From assembly GCA_043228905.1 (NCBI GenBank), contig JBHGNT010000004.1, positions 11,222,001 to 11,286,000 of the forward strand: a stretch of 64,000 bases of DNA, written 5' to 3'. Position 1 is the first letter of the stretch. Every line of letters begins with the position of its first letter. Made by a program: the position numbers and the translations under genes. This stretch comes from Azolla caroliniana (lineage: Eukaryota > Plantae > Polypodiophyta). The notes below the pieces were generated by a model. It searched no databases. It saw only the letters and a list, made by a program, of their open reading frames with translations, and was not told where the DNA came from. This document shows, piece by piece, positions 47,572 to 58,626 of this stretch.

Positions 47572-50500
47572 TGATAAGGTTAGGATGCTTTCGTAATTAA
47601 CACGCGTAGGATCTTAATATTAACCACAGACGGTAAGTATACAAGACATAAGTATTAATTACTCGATATATGTAATATTCTATTACTTCCGTAAACATTA
47701 CATCGGGTGAGATCCTTTTATAGGAATCCGGTGTCATTACAAAATGGTGCCCTACCGGTAACCGGCTACGAATTGGTTCGGATCCGGATCCGAATACTAA
47801 TTCTATTTATTTCTAAATATATATATTTCTCCGACTCACCCTTTTCCCACTTATCCTTTGGCCCTTAACCAGTCAACACATGGCACACCCGTGGGAAAGT
47901 GCGTTGCACTTCGAACCCGCACAACTGCCTCACTCTTCGACCAAAATATCCAACAGACTTTGCTCCAGAGGGTCGAGTGGTACTTCGTTCTACTGTTGCT
48001 CTGCCCCTCCCGCTTTGTCTGAAGTTGGTTGGAGTGGCTGCTCTGGTTCTTCAACTCTCGTTGGCTCCTATTGTACCAGTTCTCTAGCTCCGCTCTCCTC
48101 CGGTGCTTGTTGCTCTACTTTGGCGTCGGGATCTCTTCTATCACCGGTATCAACTGGGTGCTCTGCAGTTGCTTTTATTGTTTCCCCGGCTTCCTTTGGG
48201 GCCTGCTCCTCTGTTTTGGCGATTGTCTCTGTTTCAGTTGCGGCCCACGACTCTTCACCGGTTGCCGTTAGTGGTGGCCCATCCGTGTCCTTTGTGGCTT
48301 CTTCTGCCGGCTGCTCCTCATCACTTATGGTGATGGGCGTTGTTCGTTCCACGGCTTCCTGCTGCTAACGCTCCCGCTCGTACTTTTCCAATTGCAATTG
48401 AGTGTCGGACCTTTCCACAAGACCCCGAACTGCTCTCAGATGCTCCTCGGCTAAGGAAAAGAAGTCTTCTGACAGTTCTTCCCTTATGGTGACAATGCTT
48501 TCTTCATCCATCTTGTAGAATTTGTCACCGGCCTGCCTCCGGTTCTTAGCACCTGCTCGGAATGTCTGTAGTTCCGCCGCTTGCTGTAACCACTCCTTCC
48601 ACACTTTCTCCGAACACTCATTGATGCTTGTTTGGGTTCGGTCCTTCCATGCCGACAATATTTGCCGAATTCTATCCACACTGAGCTTGGCGCGTTCTTC
48701 GGCCTCCTGTTTCTCACTTTTCAGCCTCACTATGATTGTAGTAGCAACTGCAGCTTGGCTTTCATACCCAATCACCTAGTGCTGATACGTCATTTGGAGG
48801 TTGTTTAGCACTAGCTTTGCCAGTTTCGCCTCCTCAAACCACTGCTTGTTGAGCTCCAACTTTTCCTTTGCCGCTTCTTCCAATAGTCTTGTCATTTCTA
48901 CCACCTTTGTCTTCTCCTCCACCGAAGCTTCCGTTTTCTTCTCACTTGCTCGTCCATTTTCTATGCCAGGTTCATCTGTGCCTCCTTCAACAGCTCCTTC
49001 AATCTATCCTGTTGCTGGTCGAATTCTGCTCCCCGCCTCTTGTAATTTGCCTCCGTTTGCTTGTGCTCTCGCTACAGTTTATCAAAATCTTCGGTCTTTT
49101 GCTTGAGTTGTCGATTTACTTGGGAATGTAGCCGGTCATCCCTGTTTTTCTGTTGTCGGAGATCCTCTTTCAGCCGTTCTATTTCTGTTTCAGCTTGTCG
49201 GTGGAGCTTATCCTTCTCTTGCAACAACTTTTCCCTTTCTTCCTTTAGCCGGTCATTATTGGCATGACTCTTTCGGAGGTTCTCCTCGACTCTCCGTTGT
49301 TCTTCCTCAACCAATTTCTTCTACTCCCTTTCTTTTCATCTTAGTGCCTCTTGAGCTGCCAATTCCTCTTTTAAGGTCCTTAGTTCTTGGGCGGAGATTT
49401 TCGAGGTTGTATCCACCGCCGGTTCCAATTCTGGTTCCGGGGTTTCCCTCTACTTCCTTGTCGACCTGATCAGCTCTGTGTCGACACTCGTTTGTTGGCC
49501 CATGTTGGCCATGCCGGCTGCGTATTCCTTGGCCTTTGTTAACTCTTCTTCCATGCCCCGCATCTGGGCTCTGACCTTCTCTAGTTCTTCGGTAGTTGTG
49601 CGCATGAGGTGTCTATTTTGCTTTTGTTCCTCGTCTAGCTGGGCCGCCACGCTGGCGACTTGCTCTCCCAGCCATCTTAGCCATTGTTGGCATGTGCCCT
49701 GTTCCAACCCATGCTTTTCCCCATCCGTTGGGATGCTTTGAGCGCCCTTGTTCAGTGGCAGCTTCGACTGTTGTTCTGGCTGTCTGGGACTTAGACCCGG
49801 TGAAAGGACTTGCTCCCTTCCCGGTGCCAATTGGCCAGCTGGTGCCTTGCTCTGTCCACTCCCCGATTCCTCTCTGTCCTGGGTTTCCATCACCACAGTC
49901 GGAGCTGGTTCTTTCGCCCGCTGCTCCCGACCCCGCATCTTTGTGTGTTGTTCTAAGGTTTCGGCCGGTTCCTCCTTAGCCTCCTCTTCTGTGGTCTCTA
50001 GGAGGATTTTGTGTATAGAGTCCTTCGGTTCTTGGTCTTGCCGGTGCAGTGTGATTTTGATTGGCTTCGTTCCCACTGGAGTTGTATCCTCTACTTCTTA
50101 TGGTTGGTTAGTTGGCTTAGCCGGTCTCTCCGTGTCTGTCTCCGCTGGTTTTGGTCTCCGGTTGGTTTGGCCTTTTTCCAGTTGTGATGCGTCCTCTGAG
50201 GTCCATCCTGGGGTGTGCTTTTCTAGGAGTTGTTGCCTCGTGGTTGCTTTCTTTGGTGTTGTCTCCGATCGGCCCCTCTTTTTAGGTTTAGTGGTGATGA
50301 TAGGGGGTACTAATAAGGTTAGCCACTATGCTACCCCTGTCCAAGATTTCTTCCCTTTCGCCACAGATTCTATGGTGGATTTCAAGCATTCAGTGATGAT
50401 CTTCACCCAATCCACCTTCAGTCCCTCATACACTGTTATAATGAATCCGGTTCTTTATTTTGGTATGGCCAGCGTTCGTGAGTGCATGAACCCATATTCC

Positions 50501-51003
50501 AGCAGCACCCAGGCCACCTCCTGGAATAGAGGGTCTTCTCCCCCTTGCGTTCGGTACGCCTTGCTGTTGAGGGAATACTCACCGAAATACTGGATTAATG
50601 TCTCGGTGGATGGGCTCTCCACCAATCGAAGTCCCTCCGCTTGTAATCCTGTGAGGGCCTAGATTGTGCCCTTCGTTATTTCTTCAAGGTCGATAGTTGG
50701 TGTGACCTATTCCGGGTCTTCATGCAGTGGTGTGTATGCAATTCACAGGAATCCCTCGAGTCCGTTCTTGGTGAACCATTCGCGTGTTGCATGGGACCTG
50801 AGTCTTCTTCGTCGTTGTTGGTGTGCTTCTCTGTGAGGGGGTTGTGCTCTGTGTGTCTGAAGGTTTGTGTGCTTTTCTACGCACGCCACAATCAAAGTTC
50901 TCTAAGGGCCATCCCCTTGTTTGGCCTTTGATTTTGTACCCCCATCTTCTTGAACCACCAGTTCTCGGTTCCCGTGCATGCATGCTCCGAACCATAATTA
51001 GTA
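47572..51003 (-). mobile_element. 3' part of a gypsy element: decayed ~2.9-kb extra ORF, PPT and probable 3' LTR (47572-47838)
   Basis: Chain of minus-strand E/K/Q-rich ORF fragments 47851-50076. N-terminal part is homologous to 24900-25140; PPT GTGGGAAAAGGG at 47839-47850 precedes TGA..TCA. Confidence 0.72.
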
Positions 51004-53592
51004 GGGAAAAATACCAGGATACCCCTGAAAGTTTCAAATTTACCAGACTACCCCTATGTTTAAAAAATACACTTCACAAAGTAATTGTACACTGAACTCT
51101 ACAAGCCTTATTTACCAGAATACCCTTTAAACACAATTTTCTTCACTTAAAGGGATTCTTCCAGGGTATCTTGGTACTTATTCTTGTAACTCATCTGCTC
51201 ATCATAATCATCATCCGTTCCTGCCATAATTATCCCCTCAATACTTCCGTGTCCACGTTCTCTATACATCTGAGGATCCATGACAACGATTTCTATGCGC
51301 ACAGATTCTGATTAGGGCAAGAAATTGTTACGCTATGCAAGATCGCCATTGGTGTACTAATCTATGCAGGTAGTTCTATGGAAGAAAAGATCGGGTCTTC
51401 TCCGAGACATATGAACATAGTCACTGCCTGAATGCGGCCTATATGTTGGCTAGAGCTTTGACTACTCGCACTGCTCATCCCCCTTGAGCTCCTATAATCT
51501 TCATAGTCAAGCTCCAGTATTGATGCTGCCTCTGCATAATGTTCCTCATCGTTCAGGTCAGAGTCGGTGAATTCGTCTCCAACATAATGCTCCTATAATC
51601 TTTCAACAGACTTAGTGGCAGCAACCCTCCTTCGCTTGGAGCTTTCTTTGCTTCTTCTTTCCTAGGTAACGTAGACTTGTCTGGGACGCCATTGCAAGGA
51701 ACGGCTGCACAATGCAGCAACAACTCATCACCTTCAGTTATGGTTCCTTCTTCTCCTTCTACTCCCTCTGTAATCCTAGGGACGGAAGCAAAGGAGGCGA
51801 AGAAGCAGAGGCGAGCCCACTTGAGTAAGCTTGCCATAATTCTGATAGCTTCAGGAGGGGCAACGGCCGCAGTGTTGTGCCTCACCACAGGTTGTTACTT
51901 GATCGCTCTCATTGCCATCAAGATCAAGGGGAGAAGAAGAAAGGAACGTTAGAGAAGAGAGGGAAGCGTGGGGATGGCGATGGAGATGGGAAGGATGGGG
52001 AGGAGAACAACTACTAATACCAAGATGTCATCGTCACCCTGCAGATCGGGGCATCCCTAATCCATTTTGTGATCATGGATTACAATTCGATCCTGCAGGA
52101 CCTGGCCTTGGACCTGATTTGAATGGGGCGGCGAAATGGCGAAGAATCTTCTGGACGGCGTCAATCGATGCCACATTAGGAGTATCAGGCAGTTTGTGAA
52201 TGGGATCACAAGAGGCGGCGAGACATACAGGCGGCGACGGGCATAGGCGAGGGAGATCTGCCTCCACCATGCGAGCTTTGAGGCTGTAGAGGTCCAGCTC
52301 GTCGAAGAGTGATGTCAACTAATCGCGAGGAGGGATTTCTTGATCAATAATTGTAGCTTCAATTTGGCGAAGATTGGCAGGATTCTGAGTTAGGGGCGGC
52401 ACCTTCGTAGTGTTACTGATCATTCGATCCATGGCTTCAGATTTGAAGCAGGAAACACTGGCCATACTGTTGATGCTGACAACCTTGAAGGTCTAGGGTG
52501 GCCTGATCACATCCTCATCAGATGGAATCTGATCGATGGCAGGGTTTGTTAAGGCTGGTGGTATTAAGCATAGCATTAGGCGGCGGCGATTGGAGGAGAT
52601 GAAGATGTGCAGGTCGGGCAGAAGCATGATTCAGATGATGGTGGTGCTGGTGCTGGTGGGTAGAGGAAGCGGCCATGGTGGTCGGCAGAAGCATGATTCA
52701 AATGATGATGGTGGTGGTGGTGGTGGTGGGAAGGGCTAGAATAGCGGCGGCCATGGATCCATTGCTAGGCTGCAGTGTTGCTCACATCATTGCTCATGTG
52801 GGGGGGACCATTGGTGGCAGTAGAGGCGGCACAATGGCAACACAGTTCACACTCAAGCTTCCATTAAAGCTACCCAGATTGTCAATATTGTTGTTACTCA
52901 CGTGGATTAAAGGCTGATTATATTTCCTGATAACATGAGGAGAAGAGTGTTGGGATTACGGTCCCTCCGGATGGGATGGTCAGATGTCCGGGAATCGGGA
53001 ATGATGAAGACCCCGGCTACGGAGCCGGATGACGAAGACCCGGTTTCGGAGCCGGATGACGAAGACCCGGTTTCGGAGCCGGATGATGAAGACCCCGACT
53101 ACGGAGCCGGATGACGAAGACTCGGTTTCGGATCCGGATGATGAAGACCCCGGCTACGGAGCCGGATGACGAATGTACCCGGAGAGAGATCCGGATGCGG
53201 GGACATATTTGTGAATATGTTTGCCAAGGGCCCTCGAGGCTATATTTGTAAATAGCCCGAAAGTCATGTGTATAAATATGACTTAGGGCAAACAGTTTTA
53301 AGTTGTTGCTCATTTTTCTGTTTTCCACTTAGAGGGAGCGAAGTGAGAGTAGCCGAGAGAGAGAGTGAGAGAGAGAGAGAAAGGAAGAGGTCGACGCCTC
53401 TGTGTAATACCGCCGCCTGTGGCGAGGACAGCGAGCTCAAGGTCATCGCCTTGTAGCTCGCCATTGTACATTCTCTGTGTTTTGATTTACTTCTGCATTG
53501 ATTCGTGTTTCCTCGGTTGTGGCTGAGAGGCGAAGGTTTTGAAAGCGTCCATTTCCTAACAATCTGGTATCAGAGCGACTGCAGTGCAGAAA

Positions 53593-54543
53593 ATGGAAGG
53601 CGGCAGCAGCGGGCAGCCGGGGATGATGGTGCTGAATGCGCAGAACTACGCCGACTGGAAAATAAAGATGGAGGATCTGCTCATTGTTCGGGACCTGTAT
53701 GAACCGATCGACAGGTCGGAAATACCCAAGGGGGTACTTGAGACGGAATGGAGGCTTCTGAACCGGAAAGCCGTTGCAACCATTCGGCAATACGTCGACG
53801 TGAGCGTTCTACAACATGTGGCGAACGACACCAACGCATATGAGATGTGGCAGAAGCTGTCGGGCCTATACGAGAGGAAGAATGCGTTGAACCGGACCTC
53901 CCTGATGAGGAGGATAGTGAACCTCAAGTACCGGGACGGCGAGAGTATGGTGGAACACGTAAGCACGTTCATGGGATTCGTGAACCAGCTTGCGGCGATC
54001 AAGTTCCCGTTGGAGGATGCAATGCAAGCCATCATGCTGATGTGTACATTGCCGGAAAGCTGGGAGAACTTGGTGGTGACTCTCAGCACCTCCTGCACCG
54101 AAGATAACTTGTCCTTACAAACGGTAAAGACAAGCATTTTGAACGAAGAAGCGCGTCGGAGAGATAAAGAACCGGCCTCCGATCCGAAGATGCTGCTTAC
54201 CGAATCGGATCGGGGAAGACAACGGAACCGGAGTCCGCAAAGACGGGAGAAGTCGGGGACCCGGTCGCAGTCAAGAGGAAGGCCCACATGCTTCCACTGT
54301 GGGAAGCCGGGGCACTTCCGAAAGAATTGTCGGCATTACCGAAAAGACAACGGAGCCGACGACACCGATTCGAAGAAGTCTTCGGAACGGAACGGTGCTT
54401 ACCGGGGAGCCACGGACCGGAATGGTTCAGATCGGCGAGGGCAGGACCGGAAAGGAACGACGGCACTCGCGGCAAGTGAAGAGGAGATCATGCTCATCAC
54501 CGAAGAAGGTGAACTAAACATTGCCGGCGATGAGACTACCTAG
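53593..54543 (+). CDS. gag: Ty1/copia Gag
   Basis: ATG at 53593; NYADWKIKMEDLL, UBN2-type gag core, CFHCGKPGHFRKNC. Ends at an in-frame TAG immediately before the protease. Confidence 0.9.
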   Translation: MEGGSSGQPGMMVLNAQNYADWKIKMEDLLIVRDLYEPIDRSEIPKGVLETEWRLLNRKAVATIRQYVDVSVLQHVANDTNAYEMWQKLSGLYERKNALNRTSLMRRIVNLKYRDGESMVEHVSTFMGFVNQLAAIKFPLEDAMQAIMLMCTLPESWENLVVTLSTSCTEDNLSLQTVKTSILNEEARRRDKEPASDPKMLLTESDRGRQRNRSPQRREKSGTRSQSRGRPTCFHCGKPGHFRKNCRHYRKDNGADDTDSKKSSERNGAYRGATDRNGSDRRGQDRKGTTALAASEEEIMLITEEGELNIAGDETT

Positions 54544-57500
54544 GTGGTCGATTCCGGAGCGTCGTTCCACCTGACCCCGGAAAGAAGATACTTCTCATCC
54601 TATACAGCCGGTGAGCATGGTTGCGTTCGGATGGGAAATGAAGGTACGTGCCGGATTGCCGGCATAGGAGACGTGTGGTTGACAACCTCGACCGGATGCA
54701 AAATGTTGCTGAAGGATGTCCGACACGTTCCGGAGGTTCGATTGAACCTGATTTCGGCCGGGAGGCTAGACGATGAAGGCTACACAGGTAGCATCCGGAA
54801 CTGCGTAATGAAGTTCAGCAAGGGGAGCCTGATAGTGGCTCGGGCCCGGAAAGTCAACACACTGTACCTTATGAATGCCTGGTTGTGTCCGGAGGAGTTG
54901 AACGTGGCAGCCGACACTGCCGGTGAGCTGTGGCACAAGAGACTGTGCCACATGAGTGAGAAGGGGATGAAGAGGCTTGCAGAAGACAACCTTATTCCAG
55001 TGAAGCATGTGCACCTGGAGAAGTGCACCGATTGCCTGGCCGGTAAGCAGAACCGAACCTCCTTCCACTCAAGGCCACCGACGAGACGTAGCGCACCATT
55101 GGAGTTGGTGCACACTGACGTGTGTCAAGTAGAAACGAAGTCACATGGCGGAGCCCAGTACTTCGTGACATTCATTGATGACCACAGCCGGAAGCTGTGG
55201 ACGGCACCGTTGAAGACAAAGGACCAAGTGTTGTGCGTCTTCAAAGAACTCCACGCGAGAGTGGAAAGGGAATCCGGCAAGAAGCTGAAAGCGATACGAG
55301 CGGATAACGGAGGGGAATACCGGGGGCAGTTCAAGGAGTACTGTTGCTCGAAGGGAATCCGGCTCGAGTTTACTGTGCCGAAGACGCCGGAACTGAACGG
55401 GCTGGCCGAGAGGATGAACCGGACCATAATGGAGAGGGTCCGGAGTATGCTGGCGCATGCGAAATTACCCAAGGGGTTTTGGGCTGAGGCAATGTCGACG
55501 GCGACATACGTGATAAACAGATCACCCTCAGTACCTTTGGACGGAGACACGCCGCAGAGAGTGTGGACCGGTAGGGAAGTATCCTACCGGCATCTGAAGG
55601 TGTTCGGGTGTCTCGCATATGTGCATGTGGCAAAGGACCGGAGAGGAAAGCTAGATCCAAAGACCCGGCCATGCATATTCCTCGGTTACGGCGATGACGA
55701 GTTCGGCTACCGAGTATGGGACCCGGTCGACAAAAAGATATTCCGGAGTCGTGATATCATCTTCATGGAGGACAGGACACTCGCCGACTGGGAGTCGGAG
55801 AAGAAGATGAAGAGCTCCAAGTCGACCGGTGAGGATCAACTCTACGAGGAGCAGTCCCGACCGGCAAGGGACCGGTTAGCACTCGAGGATCCGGCCGAAG
55901 ACGGTGAAGAAACAGAACCGGCCGAGGAAGATGAAACTGATACCGGAACCGGCCCCGATCCCGAAATGGATTCGGATGAAGAGGAAACGGAGGAGCCGGT
56001 TACCGAAGCTCCGGAACGGAGATATCCTCTAAGAGAGAGAAGGGCCCCCCGGAGATTTCCGGAACCAGAGCACGTGCTGCTAACCGACGAGGGGGAGCCG
56101 GAGAGTTTTGAAGAAGCAAAGCTTGACACCCATAGCCACAGGTGGTTAAGTGCCATGCAGGAGGAGATGGATTCCCTGCATGAGAACCACACATATGAAC
56201 TTGTGGAGTTGCCGAAAGGAAAGCGGGCACTTCGAAACAAGTGGGTGTTCAAGCTGAAACCGGGAGATGCCGGAAACCCCTCGAGATACAAAGCCAGGAT
56301 CATGGTGAAGGGGTTCCAGCAGAAGAAGGGCGTCGACTTCGACGAGATATTTGCCCCGGTAGTGAAGATGACCTCCATCCGGACGGTGCTGAGCATAGCG
56401 GCAAGCATGGACCTCGAGGTAGAACAGATGGACGTGAAGACGGCATTCCTTCACGGTGACCTCGAAGAAGAGATCTACATGCAGCAACCGGAAGGATTTG
56501 AGAAGAAAGGAAAGGAGCACCTGGTATGCCGGTTGAAGAAGAGCCTTTACGGACTGAAGCAGGCTCCCCGGCAATGGTACCGGAAGTTCAACTCTTTCAT
56601 GACCGACGAAGGGTACCACAAAACGCAGTCCGATCATTGCGTGTTTGTGAAGAAGTTCGAAGGAGGAGACTTTCTAATACTCCTCCTGTACGTGGACGAC
56701 ATGTTGATCGTCGGACGGGACCAGGGCAAGATACGGATGCTGAAGAAAGCGCTTCACCGAACCTTCTCAATGAAGGACCTGGGTCCGGCGAGGCAAATAC
56801 TAGGGATGCACATCATCCGGGACCGGAAGAAGAAGCAGTTGTGGCTGTCACAGGAGAAGTACGTGACAAAGGTGCTTCACCGGTTCAACATGTCGGAAGC
56901 AAGACCGGTCGGGTCAACCCTCCCGGCAAACTGCAGGTTGTCCAGCAAGCAAAGCCCCAAGACAAAGGCTGAGAAGGAGGACATGATGAAAGTACCATAT
57001 GCCTCTGCCGTCGGAAGCTTGATGTACGCAATGGTGTGTAAAAGACCGGACATAGGATATGCAGTAGGAGTGGTGAGCCAGTACATGAGCAATCCCGGCA
57101 AAGAGCACTGGAACGCGGCCAAGTGGATACTCCGATACCTGAAGGGCACGGCAAACGTGTGTCTCCGATTCGGCTCCGGTAAGGCCGAACTCGACGGCTT
57201 TACCGATTCGGATATGTCGGCTAATGTAGATACCAGCCGGTCCACATCAGGGTATGTGATGACGTATGCAGGGGGAGCTGTTTCGTGGCAGTCGAGGCTG
57301 CAGAAGACGGTTGCGTTGTCAACCACGGAGGTGGAGTACATGGCGGCTGTTGAAGCCGGCAAGGAAATAATATGGATGAAGGACTTCATTAGAGAGCTCG
57401 GTATCCGGCAGGAGGAGTACCGACTCTACTGCGACAGTCAGAGTGCCATCCACCTTGCGAAGAATGCGGCCTATCACTCCCGGACGAAGCACATCCAGCG

Positions 57501-57666
57501 AAGATATCACTGGATCCGGGAAAGGATAGAAGACCAGGAGTTCGTGCTGACGAAGATCCACACGGACGAGAACGGGTCAGATATGCTGACCAAAGTGCTC
57601 ACACCCGACAAGCTGGAAGCGTGCCGGAAGAGGGTCGGACTGGAAAGACATCCCATGCCGAAGTGA
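54544..57666 (+). CDS. pol: Ty1/copia Pol (PR-IN-RT-RH), in frame with gag
   Basis: Uninterrupted 1040 aa with VDSGASFH, HKRLCH..C..C, RADNGGEY, QMDVKTAFLHG, LYVDDM, YCDSQSAI and SDMLTK motifs. Confidence 0.93.
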   Translation: MVDSGASFHLTPERRYFSSYTAGEHGCVRMGNEGTCRIAGIGDVWLTTSTGCKMLLKDVRHVPEVRLNLISAGRLDDEGYTGSIRNCVMKFSKGSLIVARARKVNTLYLMNAWLCPEELNVAADTAGELWHKRLCHMSEKGMKRLAEDNLIPVKHVHLEKCTDCLAGKQNRTSFHSRPPTRRSAPLELVHTDVCQVETKSHGGAQYFVTFIDDHSRKLWTAPLKTKDQVLCVFKELHARVERESGKKLKAIRADNGGEYRGQFKEYCCSKGIRLEFTVPKTPELNGLAERMNRTIMERVRSMLAHAKLPKGFWAEAMSTATYVINRSPSVPLDGDTPQRVWTGREVSYRHLKVFGCLAYVHVAKDRRGKLDPKTRPCIFLGYGDDEFGYRVWDPVDKKIFRSRDIIFMEDRTLADWESEKKMKSSKSTGEDQLYEEQSRPARDRLALEDPAEDGEETEPAEEDETDTGTGPDPEMDSDEEETEEPVTEAPERRYPLRERRAPRRFPEPEHVLLTDEGEPESFEEAKLDTHSHRWLSAMQEEMDSLHENHTYELVELPKGKRALRNKWVFKLKPGDAGNPSRYKARIMVKGFQQKKGVDFDEIFAPVVKMTSIRTVLSIAASMDLEVEQMDVKTAFLHGDLEEEIYMQQPEGFEKKGKEHLVCRLKKSLYGLKQAPRQWYRKFNSFMTDEGYHKTQSDHCVFVKKFEGGDFLILLLYVDDMLIVGRDQGKIRMLKKALHRTFSMKDLGPARQILGMHIIRDRKKKQLWLSQEKYVTKVLHRFNMSEARPVGSTLPANCRLSSKQSPKTKAEKEDMMKVPYASAVGSLMYAMVCKRPDIGYAVGVVSQYMSNPGKEHWNAAKWILRYLKGTANVCLRFGSGKAELDGFTDSDMSANVDTSRSTSGYVMTYAGGAVSWQSRLQKTVALSTTEVEYMAAVEAGKEIIWMKDFIRELGIRQEEYRLYCDSQSAIHLAKNAAYHSRTKHIQRRYHWIRERIEDQEFVLTKIHTDENGSDMLTKVLTPDKLEACRKRVGLERHPMPK

Positions 57667-58626
57667 AGGGGGAGTTTGTTGGGATTACGGTCCCTCCGGA
57701 TGGGATGGTCAGATGTCCGGGAATCGGGAATGATGAAGACCCCGGCTACGGAGCCGGATGACGAAGACCCGGTTTCGGATCCGGATGATGAAGACCCCGG
57801 CTACGGAGCCGGATGACGAAGACCCGGTTTCGGAGCCGGATGATGAAGACCCCGGCTACGGAGTCGGATGACGAAGACCCGGTTTCGGATCCGGATGATG
57901 AAGACCCCGGCTACGGAGCCGGATGACGAATGTACCCGGAGAGAGATCCGGATGCGGGGACATATTTGTGAATATGTTTGCCAAGGGCCCTCGAGGCTAT
58001 ATTTGTAAATAGCCCGAAAGTCATATGTGTATAAATATGACTTAGGGCAAACAGTTTTAAGTTGTTGCTCATTTTTCTGTTTTCCACTTAGAGGGAGCGA
58101 AGTGAGAGCAGCCGAGAGAGAGAGTGAGAGAGAGAGAGAAAGGAAGAGGTCGACGCCTCTGTGTAATACCGCCGCCTGTGGCGAGGACAGCGAGCTCAAG
58201 GTCGTCGCCTTGTAGCTCGCCATTGTACATTCTCTGTGTTTTGATTTACTTTTGCATTGATTCGTGTTTCCTCGGTTGTGGCCGAGAGGCGAAGGTTTTG
58301 AAAGCGTCCATTTCCTAACAAAGAGCAAGCCGAAGACGAGGCAAAGTTAGTGTTATTATGAGTATTATTAATGATGTGGAAATGAAAAGCTTCTTCCCAA
58401 TATTATAATTTAGGGAAAAGTACAAGGATATGCTTGGAAGAATCCCTTTAAGTAAAAGAAAATTGTGTTTGAAGGGTATTCTGGTAAATAGGTCTTGTAG
58501 ATTTGAGTGTATAATTAGTTTATAAAGTGTATTTTTTTGAACATAGGGGTAGTTTGGTAAATTTGGAACTTCCAAGGGCATTCTCATAAATAGACAAACT
58601 TCCCGGGGTATCCTGGTACTTTTACC

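Larger units (their letters stand above)
52948..58320 (+). mobile_element. Young full-length Tnt1/Tork-like Ty1/copia (LTRs 52948-53561 and 57677-58320)
   Basis: TSD AAGAG; PBS TGGTATCAGAGC at 53565-53576; PPT at 57662-57676. LTRs differ by a few SNPs, a 2-bp indel and one 28-bp repeat unit. Confidence 0.97.
51004..58626. mobile_element. Non-autonomous Mutator-like element (possible Pack-MULE)
   Basis: Roughly 175-210-bp imperfect TIRs (51004-~51180 and ~58418-58626) begin GGGAAAAATACCAGGATACCCC and GGTAAAAGTACCAGGATACCCC. Perfect 9-bp TSD TAATTAGTA (50995-51003, 58627-58635); no transposase recognised. Confidence 0.88.

Noticed and set aside
49748-50662. 304-aa plus-strand ORF and other long antisense ORFs (42388-43221, 53646-54287, 20057-20854)
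   Set aside because: Shadow frames opposite TE coding sequence, with no recognisable motifs.
51553-52318. MULE transposase or an intact host gene inside the TIR element
   Set aside because: No DDE or SWIM motif recognised, and the frames are broken by stops.
52999-53190. 27-28-bp repeats resembling a CRISPR array (also 33010-33200, 57730-57930, 61290-61560)
   Set aside because: Head-to-tail units without unique spacers, located inside eukaryotic LTRs, with no cas genes.
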